Assembly: GCA_000934665.2 (NCBI GenBank)
Contig: KZ538386.1
Location: forward strand, 57,402 to 77,401
Reading direction: 5' to 3'
Source: Catajapyx aquilonaris
Taxonomy: Eukaryota
DNA length: 20,000 nt
This document shows, piece by piece, positions 1 through 10,987 of the stretch. A program made the position numbers and the translations under genes. Each line of letters starts with the position of its first letter. Position 1 is the stretch's first letter. A model generated the notes under the pieces. The model was given only the letters and a program-made list of their open reading frames with translations, made no database searches and was not told where the DNA came from.

Positions 1-194
1 GAGATCAGATCCCGAAGGATCACGGTGTGTGAGACCAGGGCCACACCTGCAATACCCTTGCGGTTGCTGTACTGATGATCGGTGGATGGTACTCCTACGG
101 ATTTTCACCAGATAAAATGGTACCTTCTGTTCCTGCAGGTAAAGAACGTTAAGGAAGCGTGTGAAATGAAGCCATCATATTAGCTTCTGCCAAT

Positions 195-207
195 GTGGTG
201 GTGGTGG

Positions 208-275
<68 letters not shown>

Positions 276-283
276 TAATAATA
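195..283. repeat. Compound microsatellite: (GTG)5 followed by about 21 TAA units and a degenerate end
   Basis: Seen directly: GTG repeats at 195-209, a pure TAA array at 211-273, then TATAATAATA to 283. Confidence 0.97.
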
Positions 284-1230
284 CACAGTCCTGCCATAAA
301 TACCGTACATTTACTAGCATATTTAACTTACGTACCGTATATTAAGATGAATAATAGTCTGAGGAATTCTAACATATGTTAGTTTATTTACCAATGGATA
401 TGGAAGGCAAAACGACTATCATAATTTATTTTGTGTACACCTATGATGTGGTCATTCATTATTGATAGCAGTATGCACCACATCTACAGAGATCAACTGG
501 CTACTGCTTTCACCAAAGGCCATATTTAGAGTGTTTTGTCACACAAGCTATCCTTTCTAAGTCTGACCACAATTTGTAATCCAAAGGATTTAGATCAAGA
601 CTTCATGGAGGCCAATCTCTGGGACTTGAAGAGATCAGGCAAATTCTCATTGTTAGATAGCAAGGGCTTCATTATCAGGTGCTAAGTCTTACTGAAATGT
701 CCAACTCTAATTTCCATGAAACAGAATGGGTGAGAGGTGTCACAGGTTTTTCTAACTAAAGCATGGTTCCTGTAAACATTTGCTGTTGTTTTGACCCCCT
801 GTTCACAGAAATGCAAGTTACTGACCCCTTCATAACTCACTCCCCACCAAACCACGATCAATGTAGCTGGATGAAGTCCTCTTGGAATGTTACGAACAAC
901 CTCTGATACTTCTTTGGAAGTGTGGGCATGGTTGAACGTCCCTTCAATTGTGAAACTTTCTTGTCTGTGAACATGACCTTTCTCTGACCATTATTCCGAA
1001 TTTCCGAATAAGCAAAGTCTTTGATTTTTAACCGCTCCTTTATTTCATTAGGGCTGGAGTTTATAGCTGCCCTTTTTTTCTATGGTAAACTGGCATCCCT
1101 ACTTGATCAGATTTGATTAGTCGTGGCATAGATCTGGGTCACATATTCATTTGTCTGCCCATGATTTTCAGTTTTCTTAGTAGGTTTCTTCTAATTCTGT
1201 TTGTCACTGCTTTATAAATTCCCTGGACAG
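284..1230 (-). mobile_element. Decayed, 5'-truncated maT/Bmmar1-like (DD37D) Tc1/mariner DNA transposon
   Basis: A TA at 282-283 is followed by CACAGTCCTGCCATAAATACCGTACA (284-309), resembling the Bmmar1 TIR as I recall it (CTTAGTCTGGCCATAAATACTGTTACA). A minus-strand transposase relic lies internally. I did not find the second TIR or the transposase N-terminus. Confidence 0.88.
430..1225 (-). pseudogene. maT/DD37D-family transposase pseudogene with stops and frameshifts
   Basis: Manual minus-strand translation gives ordered motifs: KAVTNRIRRNLLRKLKIMGRQMNM*PRSMPRLIKSD; KVMFTDKK (D at 963-965); RGLHPATLIVVWWGVSYEGVSNLHFCEQGVKTTANVY; WTFQ*DLAP (D at 686-688); DWPP*SLDLNPLDYKLWSDLERIAC (D at 579-581). 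These match Bmmar1/maT transposase signatures (VWWGVSYEG, FCEQGVKT, FQQDSAP, SPDLNPLDY). Indels prevent an exact count of the D-D spacing. Confidence 0.92.
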
Positions 1231-4107
1231 TATTTCCAAAAAAAACAAAAGTTTAGTGCAAATATAGGACATGCGGGCTAAATTTTGACATCACTTCTAT
1301 GCTGTAGGCCTTACACAGCGGGAGGAATCGCCATCACAGTAGGGTATTAATAATATTGATATCATTTAAAATTATGCTTTCGCATGACTAATAATCGGTT
1401 TCTCCCACATTTTAAATGAACCATTAAAAGCTGAAGGCACCTCAATAATTTACTCAGATTTTGTCACAAAACGGACCTATATACAATGACTGTAACCATC
1501 CCACGTTTGAATCGATCAAAATAACCGATTGCACAAGCATTGAAACGTCAGCATTGACGTGCTTTCAACAAAGCAAATCCGGATTCTGCAATATGATAAA
1601 GCCTTGCTATAATCAGGCATAGCCAAGTGCGCAACAATGAATCACGCTGATTCCACACTTTGTGAACCTGGCCAAAGGGGTTAACGTCCCGTCTTTTATT
1701 CAGTAGGCGTAAACCCTGCTGCTGACCACGTAGATTCCAATCAATGCTAATAACTGCCGAAGGACTGAATAGACTAAATTTCCACACAGCGCCTTTTGAA
1801 TAGAGGTTATACACTTCTGGGCCCAACATGCGTCCAGGGTTATAGGGTTTTTCAAAAGTGACAGACAGACAAACGGGCTGAGGGGGTTCGGGCCCCAAAA
1901 ACACGTCCAGCGTCCAAAAAGCCATAGATAACATCGGCAGGCAGATGCTTAGGCTCCAGCCCCTCCATCCTCAACCCACCCTCCTCCCTTACTCCTAGTT
2001 TGTGGCCTCGTGATGAGCTGAGATAATCCATTTAAAACACCTTTTGTCCCAGGCCTTGTGGGGAAAAAAGTGGGGGATGATCATTCGCGTTTACACACCA
2101 TTATTTTCACCGACACAAAATAAATCACTCCAAAAGTTGATCTAACTGGATATGGTCTATTTGGAGGGGGAGCCTCAGAAAATTGGCCTAACTTTGATAC
2201 CGGTACATAAAAACATTACATAGATCGGCGATGACAAACAAATTATGTGAGCAAGGCCACCAGGCTATACATATATGAATAGGGTCCTACTCGTTGCATA
2301 ATATCAGAATGATTGACGTCACTATTTATGATGCCATGGAAGGCGAAAGTGATGGAACACGCGAGATACAACATTCCTCCTGGCTCATAGAAACCCAATG
2401 GATATAAATAGCATGTGATTCAGCCTCTGACCGTTCATCCGTAATGAAATATCACAATCAGTAATTTGGGCACTTCATCCATCCCGATCTAGAGATAAAC
2501 CTATTTTGTTGTCTGCCCCCAAGGGAGCCATTTTTCCCAATCACCTGGACGTCCAGATGCAAGAAATCCTATGATCATATATATATTTTTTTGTGTCCCT
2601 CCCTGAGTAAGGCCTAGTGATGGAAGGGGTCTGCACCCCTGCAGGATCCACCCCCGACTCATCCCCACCTACATCTCCACTTCCTCGCCCCTGGAGCTAT
2701 TAATTAACCAGGAAGCATCCATAAATAACCGCACGCATCATTTGGGACAAGCCCACAATTGTTTGGAAGCAGTGTTGCCAAAAGAAAATGCCATGTGCAG
2801 TCTCCAGGTGGGAGAACTTCACCTGACCATCCACATATGCTTGTAATAAACATCTTATTAGCATTATTTTCTGCAATACAATTGCGTCATTGTCCCGTGC
2901 CATCCGGAAGAATAATTTTCACCATCAGCTGCTATAGGTACGGGTTTCCGGTAGCGTCTTCCATCTTTTAGAGGGGGGCGATATATGATGGAACTTATCT
3001 GAATACCAGATCCATGCACATCTGCTCCATTAGAGATTAATTAGAGCGTTTTGCAGCAACGATGCATATCCGTGACGTCACTTGTGGGGAGATGCGTATT
3101 CATGTGGAAAATGGGGGTGTGCTCTCATGCGTCAGTACCACCTTATATACGTCCATATTGCTCATATTTCAGAAGCATAGGAAATAAACAGTTAGTCACT
3201 CGAGCGTTTTTAAAAGGCATGTTTCAAAACACGAATGTTTTGCGGTTACGTGTGGAGAGCCCTGAAAATAGGCAATGTACAGATAGCCCCCCCTAGTGTG
3301 CTTTTCAAGCACATGTTGCGGTCACCCCAATTTTGGGGACCTGCGTTCGCTTACACATGATGACAGATGTTGAAAACTGGAATTAAATTTGTGTAGGGGG
3401 ACACTACATAATTTGTCATGTTCACGCGGTCGCTTCTAATAATTAAAAAAAGTGGTTTTTTTTCATGATTAGTACAATAATTTGCACATTATTCGGTGGT
3501 TGAGTCAGGAGGCCTGTAATTGACGGTTGGAGTAGAATCCTTCCTGTGAAAATTGCAGCATTTTTCCTCTTAATGAAAATGACCACCTGCATACTCGCAG
3601 ATGCACCCTGACGTCACTCGTGCAGTGATGTCACATATGGGCTTCGCCAAAATAAAGAAAACAGGCAAATCGACATTGGAAAATGGCTATGGAGTGACGT
3701 CCTAATGACAGGTTAGCTTGATCCAGCACCAAAGCCGCTCTAAATGGAAGATGACAGAGCCCACATCCCCGCTAATACACCCCTCCTATTATTATAACCC
3801 TCCCCAGTTATAGTCAGGACCAGGTGCGCCCACAAATAGAATAGAAAAAAAAAATTAGAAAAACCTGGCCAAATTGGATTCTGGCATTTGGCATGACAAA
3901 TTCAAGAGCATATGGTCCATTCTGTGGGGGCGCACATGGACATCAATCTGGACATTCCCTGATGAGCGTCCTAGTGAGTGATTACCCTGGCAGGTGAAGG
4001 AGTACTTACCACCACACTGATTTCCGATGGAGGGAAATGCGGTGTAAAACAGCGGTGAAAGGGTTAGGCAAATAAATGGCCTGTATTTCCAAACAAGGTG
4101 GGAAGTT

Positions 4108-4850
4108 TATAATGGATCAGTTGTCATCGACGACTCCATTAACCTGGGGGTCGACACACCTGACCGGAAGAACCGGCCAGTAAATCGGACCACAAAGTAC
4201 AATAGACTTCCATGTAAAATCAGTATACGATTAGTACCGGTACTCGTGTAGATGTTCATACTTGGACGGAAATGGACAGGGGTTGGGAGAAAGGGCAAAT
4301 AGGTGTTGAACCCACACCATGTGGGTACGGATGTGACGGATTACGCACATAATACAGTACGATTGTACTTAGCAGGAGACATATTGGGTAAAAAAGTACA
4401 GCTGATAGGATTCGAAGAATGGTGCAAATTGTAGTTTCCAAACGGAAGAGTCATTGCGTGATGGTAGGCTCGTGTGTGTCACGTGCAGGTCAAAAAATAA
4501 AGCAAATAGGGGTCTTAAAAACAAAACAAAAAATGAGTACAGAAGCATCACGTACGAGTGCTCAGCATGCATCCCCAAATGGTAGGATGATGGTGATGAT
4601 ATGCGAGTGATACCGTCGGTGCGTGACTCTATTTTGGCTTCCTCGGAACAGATGTGCCGGAATCAGCCAAGCTCATCTTGTGACATTAGGTTTGCCTCTT
4701 GCCTTGGGTGCAGGTGTGTTACGTAACACTGTTGCTGTGGTATAATTCGTGTAACGACATAAAGTGCAATTATTATGCAGTAAGAATCATAGAAAAGTGG
4801 AGCAAACCCAAATATGCCTAGTGTCCTGTATGTAGGACACTGCAGTTAGA
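4108..4850 (+). mobile_element. Possible highly decayed piggyBac-like element (transposase C-terminus plus subterminal palindrome)
   Basis: The frame from 4108 reads VVIDDSINLGVDTPDR...RTTKYNRLPCKISIRLVPVLV*MFIL, compared with piggyBac I.DYN..MGGVD..DQ...R.T.KW...F..L.....NA.IL. About 70 codons later, from 4463, it reads GRLVCVTCRSK...EYRSITYECSAC, a cysteine-rich-domain-like CxxC...YECxxC. A palindrome AGTGTCCT-N6-AGGACACT sits at 4820-4841. No clean CCC-start TIR or TTAA pair was found. Confidence 0.4.
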
Positions 4851-5566
4851 TTTTTAGTTATTGTGTTAGTTCAGACCATTTAACAATATGTAATTCAGGG
4901 ATGATGGTCATAAGGTGCTTAGTTTTGCCACGCAGGTGAATCCTTTCATTAGCCATCTTATCACACTACAAGCCTGATAGCAAGTCTAAAGGTTACCGCT
5001 GCAGTGTGAATCACTTCAAAGATATTATTATCCAGCTTATTTGATAATAATGATACCGTATTTATTTATCATTGAGACAGCATATTATGATCAGCTTATT
5101 TTTTCCGCTTTTGATGAGCAAGATAAACTGCTTATACATGTTAACTGATAATGTCATTTAATAAACACTAGTTGAGTTTAGGCGCCTCTATGGCTTTTTA
5201 TGCCCCGAAAAAGTGACTTTTTAACTTGCTTAACTCGTGGTTCTCATAATCAAGGTATAAAAAACCGTTTGTTGTTTTAAGACACAACCGGGTTACTACG
5301 CCTAGAGACAAAACGACGGTGGGATTTTTCGTCCTATTTTGGTCCATCACACTCGTGAGAACCTACCTTTAGTCTGTCGGGTATAGGACTGAAGAGAAAT
5401 AGATTTTTGGAGAGCAGAAAAGGCGGGAGAATACCGAGTAAACCCCCGCGAGCACATATAGGATTTTGCAAACCTATTTCCACATGAGCCTCTAAACTAT
5501 AAAGTTACCGGATTTGTGTTTTACCAGTTTGCTTGATGCATTTTCATTAATTCTCATGGGTGCAAC

Positions 5567-5589
5567 CAAGAGTAAATTATTTACTCTTG
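5567..5589. mobile_element. Ultra-short palindromic insertion (TIR-only MITE or footprint) with a 7-bp direct repeat
   Basis: CAAGAGTAAAT-T-ATTTACTCTTG is a perfect 11+1+11 palindrome, flanked on both sides by GTGCAAC (5560-5566 and 5590-5596). Confidence 0.7.
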
Positions 5590-8500
5590 GTGCAACTCGT
5601 GAATCAGTGCCATTCTTATCTATGCACCAAGATGCACCCGTAGGCTATAGTGTCATATTTATTAAAATACGTAATAAATAAGTAATATTATTTGCAACAT
5701 TGGCCATTTACCTGATGAACTACCACTGGACAAATCACTCGTGTGGGAAAGCTAAATGTGCCATTTAAGGTAGACTATTAGAATCAACACCTTGCGTGAG
5801 GAGGGGGGGGGGATACTCATTAGAAACATCCATTTCGCTAAAATTGCTCATAGTGTGAAGTAAATCAAGTAATTTAACTAGGATGGTTCATAGCCATTTA
5901 TCCCGTAATCATTCATTGTCGCAGGCCTTTGGGATATGCTTTCCATCTACCGGCGTGTAGCTGCAACTATGAACCAGTTGTTGGATTGTCAGTGCTCTCT
6001 CTCGACACAGTTTTGTACTCTCCTTTTCAGAGGGACGTTCAAAAATATTTTTTGAGACGTATTTTGCTTTTCACCATGTTTAAGAAAGACTTGAAAATAT
6101 TAACTTTGTCCAAGTGGGTTAGTTGCTACATATTTATGAGTGCTCGTAAAATTTGTGACGTGGACACTGAAATGGGCAAAATTAAGTGGTGGAGTTGGAG
6201 AAGACCTTGTCCCACTTTCACACTGGCCTTCGCTAAGAAAGTTGAGAGGTGGGCGACACTCATTTTGCATTTGGCACACCTGTGGAAATGCACAGAATCA
6301 CTCGCAAGAAGTCGCCTTTCAACTATGGTACAATCGGTACAGAGCAGGCGGAATATTTTCTTCAACCTTAAGCATATATTAGTGTGAAACGTTGTGCAGG
6401 GACAACGGAGGTGGTCTGTCATTCGGTGCAATATATTAAATCATTTCAATAAAATACGCGACATAAAGTATGTCATACCTTTTCAAATGCCAAATTCACC
6501 GCCGTGCTCAGTACACTTATTCTGCGATAATGTACTAGTACAAGGTCTTGCAAACTGAATGGTTATCCTGGTGTCATATGATTTCTTGAGCCAAAGCTAG
6601 TCGAAAATGTAGGGGCATAAAATAGCGAGTGATTCGCCCATTACGATGTAGGCCTAAGTGACAAATTATTTCTCGGTCCACAGTATATCAGAGGAGCATT
6701 TGAAAGTACAGAGTACAGGTAGCCAGAGGCAGTCCAGGAAAAATGTGTAGGCCTCATGGAAAAATGAAGAAAAACTAGAGGTACCAAATGCTATCCAAAG
6801 GACCAGTACCGTCATATACAGTATACCATTACATGATTGCATGATTGCACGCGGGAAAAGGCTCTCGCGCCATTATTTTATCCTGTTGTACTGTGTTGTT
6901 GGATAGTTACAATGCCGGATTGCTGTTGTTCATACATAATTTTGTGTCTCTACATTTTTTGTCGCAATTAATGCTATTACATATTTTACATCAACTGCGT
7001 GTCTGGTAGTGTATTACTAAGGTCCGCGAAGACTAGTTTCGTGAGGCGTCATTGACTATAGATAGGAGACATTATAATTTATGTCATTGACTATGCATCT
7101 AGACACTTATTTGGACTAGTTTTGGATCAAATAATCACATACTGGCTGAAGAATAATTTAGTGTGCTTCATTGCGCATTGTTATTGGGACTTGTTTCTGT
7201 ATGTAATAATATCAGCCCTACACGAAGCAATGTGGAATTTTCAGTATTCTGCAAATGCCGCCTGAACAGTAATTTTGTTAGAGGCTCCAAAGTAATTTAA
7301 CCTGTGTTTGTGATAATAAATAACGAAATAGTTACATCCGCATTAACTTAATTCCAAAGATCGTGACGTGCAACATCCACTGCAGTTATTATTTTATAAT
7401 CCTGACCACACCCATAAGCAGAAAAATAAGTAGTTTAACAAGTCTGACAAAACTGAGGTGCAAAATATATTATACCTATACACAAAATAACTCATACTTA
7501 TTAGGACCAACAGCATGCTAGGGGGTAAACACGAATTTGTTATGCGTTATGGTTCTGAACATGTGGCATGTAAGTTGTATACTGGCTGTTGCCATGAGGA
7601 AAAGCAACTATTTAGTTCACTGTTATTACTAAAGTTGCATGGGTGCCAATTTGGCAGCTACTTGTACAACACAATCATACACAGCGTTTGAGACTCGTAG
7701 CTATATGGCATACATATCCCATATGTTGTAACTGTTTACTTTAGGATGACTGGCACTTTAGTCACAAGCTGCAACTGAAAAACAGCTTGTTGGAACACCC
7801 TGCACATACAGACGAAGGATTGGTTCTCAGTAACATTATCACAGGTATTGACTTTTTGGCAACCTTCCAATATGGACAGGAGAACAAAACGGTTAAGAGT
7901 TAACAAGTTAAAACTAGTTAAGTTATAGCAATTAAGAGCCAATCTCCGATTATGTGCATGTATTCTCAACTATACATAATCAGAATTTTTCTCTTCATTT
8001 CCGTTGATACAGCAGACCCTTAGAGCCGCTTTTGAGTATCCGATTATCAGGTATCGGTGTGAGCTAACAGTAGGTGCTTAGCAGACGAGTTACTTTCCAA
8101 AAGCCTTTGTCAACTTGACCTGAACCAAACATTGGGGCACACACGAAACGACTACACACACCCCATCAAGAAAAATAATATACTTTTGTTCATTCACTCT
8201 GCAGAGTATTATTTGTCCAGCACCTACTTCTTGCCCACAACAGTACGATCTCATAGTAGCATAATATCCTACTGCAGTTATCCAAATTACCAAATTTGAT
8301 AGCAACTATGGCCTTGGCTTGACTATACTGCCAGCCTCATGAATCTGAGAGAGGAAAAATCACTGTAAATCGTGTTGTAGTTATTTTTCACAACAATGTA
8401 TTTGTTGGACATTGTCGACAGTATATTTGGCTGAAAGTGTCAAAAAATGTGAAGTAGACCATAGAATCCTGGTAATATTGACAGCCAACACATGCATGGC

Positions 8501-9974
8501 AGCCCAAGTGCTGCCTAATGGGCCTATGATAATAATGTACAAATGGAATCTTTAATTAGTGTTATAACTGTATAAAAAGAGAGAGAGAGCGGGGGGGGGG
8601 GGGTTGGATGCCATTGGCTGTACAGTATTAATTTTAAACAATAGCCAGTCAAAAGCAGGAAAGTGCATCGAACCGTTCATAAATTGCATCCGTTGTTTTC
8701 CGATTCAGCGTGTGGTTTATGGCCTAAAACACGATAAATTGACATGATGCAGTGCAATTCCCATTGGAATATCCCTTCCCAACACACAACAAAATGTCAA
8801 TCAGTCATCATGATGCACCCTCTCCCACCCACATGCACACACAGCATTCAATTCGCTACACAATATGGCCTATACCAGTGGAATTTAAATAGACCGGAAC
8901 TGGAATGAAAACACCATTAGGGCCGGTTGCAATATTCAATCCTATTCCAATATTATGACGCGGCTTTTGCAACCACGCTCTGGACTGTCGCTGATGTATT
9001 GATTCCTGCATAATGTAATAAATTGTAACATTTTGTTCCCACCCCGCCGGCACCCATCCCTAAACACACTCGCTCTCCCTATTCAAAATTAAATGAGGGG
9101 TCGGGTTAAACGAATTACATTGCAGTTTACAACCCAAATTAACATATTAGGCAGGGAGTTTTTTTTCCACTGAAAAATGTAGTGCAGCGTAAACCATTGT
9201 GCTGAGTGATGTAATCTAGCTTGGAAATAGTGGATATATGATTTGTGGGATCCACTCATTTTGTATCCACTGTGTTTTTGAAGCCGAAGCAAAACCATCG
9301 CACCTGCACGTTTCATATGACACAAAATCGGATGGCGGTTTTGCGTTAACGACAAACACGTCCAAAAAGTCCAACGTCCACAAACCCACCGGGGTAATTT
9401 GGGCCTGTGAGGTTGTAAATCTGCCCCCCCTCCCCCTAACCTCCCCCCCCCCATCCTATAGTCCTCCCCTGCATAGGCAAATTCGCTTATTGCAATTATT
9501 GCTGTTGCCAATTCTACCCGCTCGCACGTTTATAATGCTTGCTCAAGCCCGGATTCACCCCACAGCTGTTTGGATGGATGATGAAGTTAAACCGATCATA
9601 GAGATGACGCACCTTTCAAATAATACGGGTATTTAACTGTAAGAAATAATATCCCGCTATCATATGACACTACAGGCCAGCACGTGGCTCGTGGCTTCAT
9701 CTTACAATACCAGGTCGTGTTATCAGTGACATTGAAGATGATAATTTTATTCAGGCTCTCATATTATGAATTTTATAGCTGGTACTGGCAGGCGAACCAG
9801 GAGATAAGCCATAGGTTCACTGTATTGTACAGGAAAACATGTCATGAATTCCGTCGTGTTTTAAACGTGCAGTGTACCCCGGGGCTTTAACATGAACGGC
9901 ATCACGAAAATTAACCGCTAATTATATCCTTAATGGAGCCGAAATTGCGAAAATCAATGCACCATGTTTGTCCC

Positions 9975-10048
<74 letters not shown>
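9975..10048. repeat. (ATA/TAA)n microsatellite of about 24 units
   Basis: Uninterrupted trinucleotide array, seen directly. It produces the poly-Leu in ORF 9922..10110. Confidence 0.98.
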
Positions 10049-10049
<1 letters not shown>

Positions 10050-10709
10050 CTATAGGTGGCTGTTCCTTATCGGGTGCCAACAAATCGTTTTGGGCTTCCT
10101 TTTTCCTCAATTAAACCAGAATTCCGCGAAACTCATAACACTGGAGCTGCTATCCAATTAACGTAACACGATCACCGCTGCAATTGATTGGGCCTTTATA
10201 TTTGGCATTCAATCACGGATTGACCTAGCTGCAGGGGATGCCAGTTATCAAATATCCCCTCATCGATGACCTATCGGTTTCGGGGGAACTGCGGGGGTGG
10301 GGAGTATGTGGGGGAGGGGGGGGGGAAAGTGGGGAATGCAATCCCGAATCGATGACCCCCATAAAAAAATCACGATATCAGTTGAAGCCAACTTGAATCC
10401 CAGCGTGAATCTGCTGCCACGACTTTTGGTCCATTCTGTGGTTCGGCAGCTTTTCCTGTGTCCCGCATGTATATATGTGCCATATTGGATACCATGGGGG
10501 AAGCGCCACCTAAATCAATATAGAGTGACACTGACNGTTATATATACGGGAATAGGAATCCGGGGCTTTAGGGAGATGGATGAACCTATTTGATACTATA
10601 GAGTCATATCCGAAAAAAGTACCTGCAGATATGGGTTTATAAGGCGTGAAATCTACTCAATGGTGTAGCACCAACACATTTAACATATACTGTAATATTA
10701 AAATCCGTC

Positions 10710-10987
10710 ACCGAAGCAGGTTGGCTAATCGGGAGGTCCTGGGTTCGATTCCTGGGGCCAGTAGTTTTCTGTGGGTTTCCATGGTCCCCCAGGATAATTC
10801 CGGGGTCGGTTCCGTACAATAGGGCACAGCCGCTTCTTTCTCTCCCTATCCTTGGTCCCATCCATGTGTGAACAATAAATTTCAGAAAAAAATGAGCTGT
10901 GAAATGGTGGTATTCCACCCTCCTAATGGAGCGCTGATTCTCCCGATGGGGTAAAATTTTTTTAAAAAAATAAAAAAATAAATAAAA
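10710..10987 (+). mobile_element. tRNA-derived SINE, family A copy 1, with an internally shortened head
   Basis: Starts ACCGAA and has a Pol III B box GGTTCGATTCC at 10742-10752. The body (GTTTTCTGTGGGTTTCC...CCAGGATAATTCCGGGG...GGGCACAGCCGCTTCTTTC) is homologous to 13127-13275. It ends in an A-rich tail and is flanked by a 16-bp TSD AATATTAAAATC(C/T)GTC at 10694-10709 and 10988-11003. Confidence 0.88.

Noticed and set aside
1548..1934. 128-aa minus-strand ORF
   Set aside because: No recognisable domain or motif. An ORF of this length can arise by chance in 20 kb over six frames.
2315..2740. Harbinger-like TIR fragments (CTATTTATGATGCC near 2322; GCATCCATAAATAAC near 2715) and a pogo-like HVIQPLTV peptide near 2412
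   Set aside because: The fragments face outward rather than enclosing an element, no TSD is present, and the peptide similarity is too short and surrounded by stops.
3041..3743. Possible TTAGAGCG...CGCTCTAA terminal inverted repeat
   Set aside because: Only 8 bp match cleanly and the extension is poor, so it is not distinguishable from chance.
5929..6431. Overlapping ORFs of 152, 101 and 80 aa, with a MULE-like HSFCIWH (CxxH) peptide and an upstream IFMS
   Set aside because: The motifs are in different frames, the catalytic Asp is absent, and the spacing (about 42 codons) is far longer than in Mutator transposases. No TIRs were found.
9922..10110. Poly-Leu ORF resembling a signal or transmembrane peptide
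   Set aside because: It is an artefact of translating the (TTA)n microsatellite.
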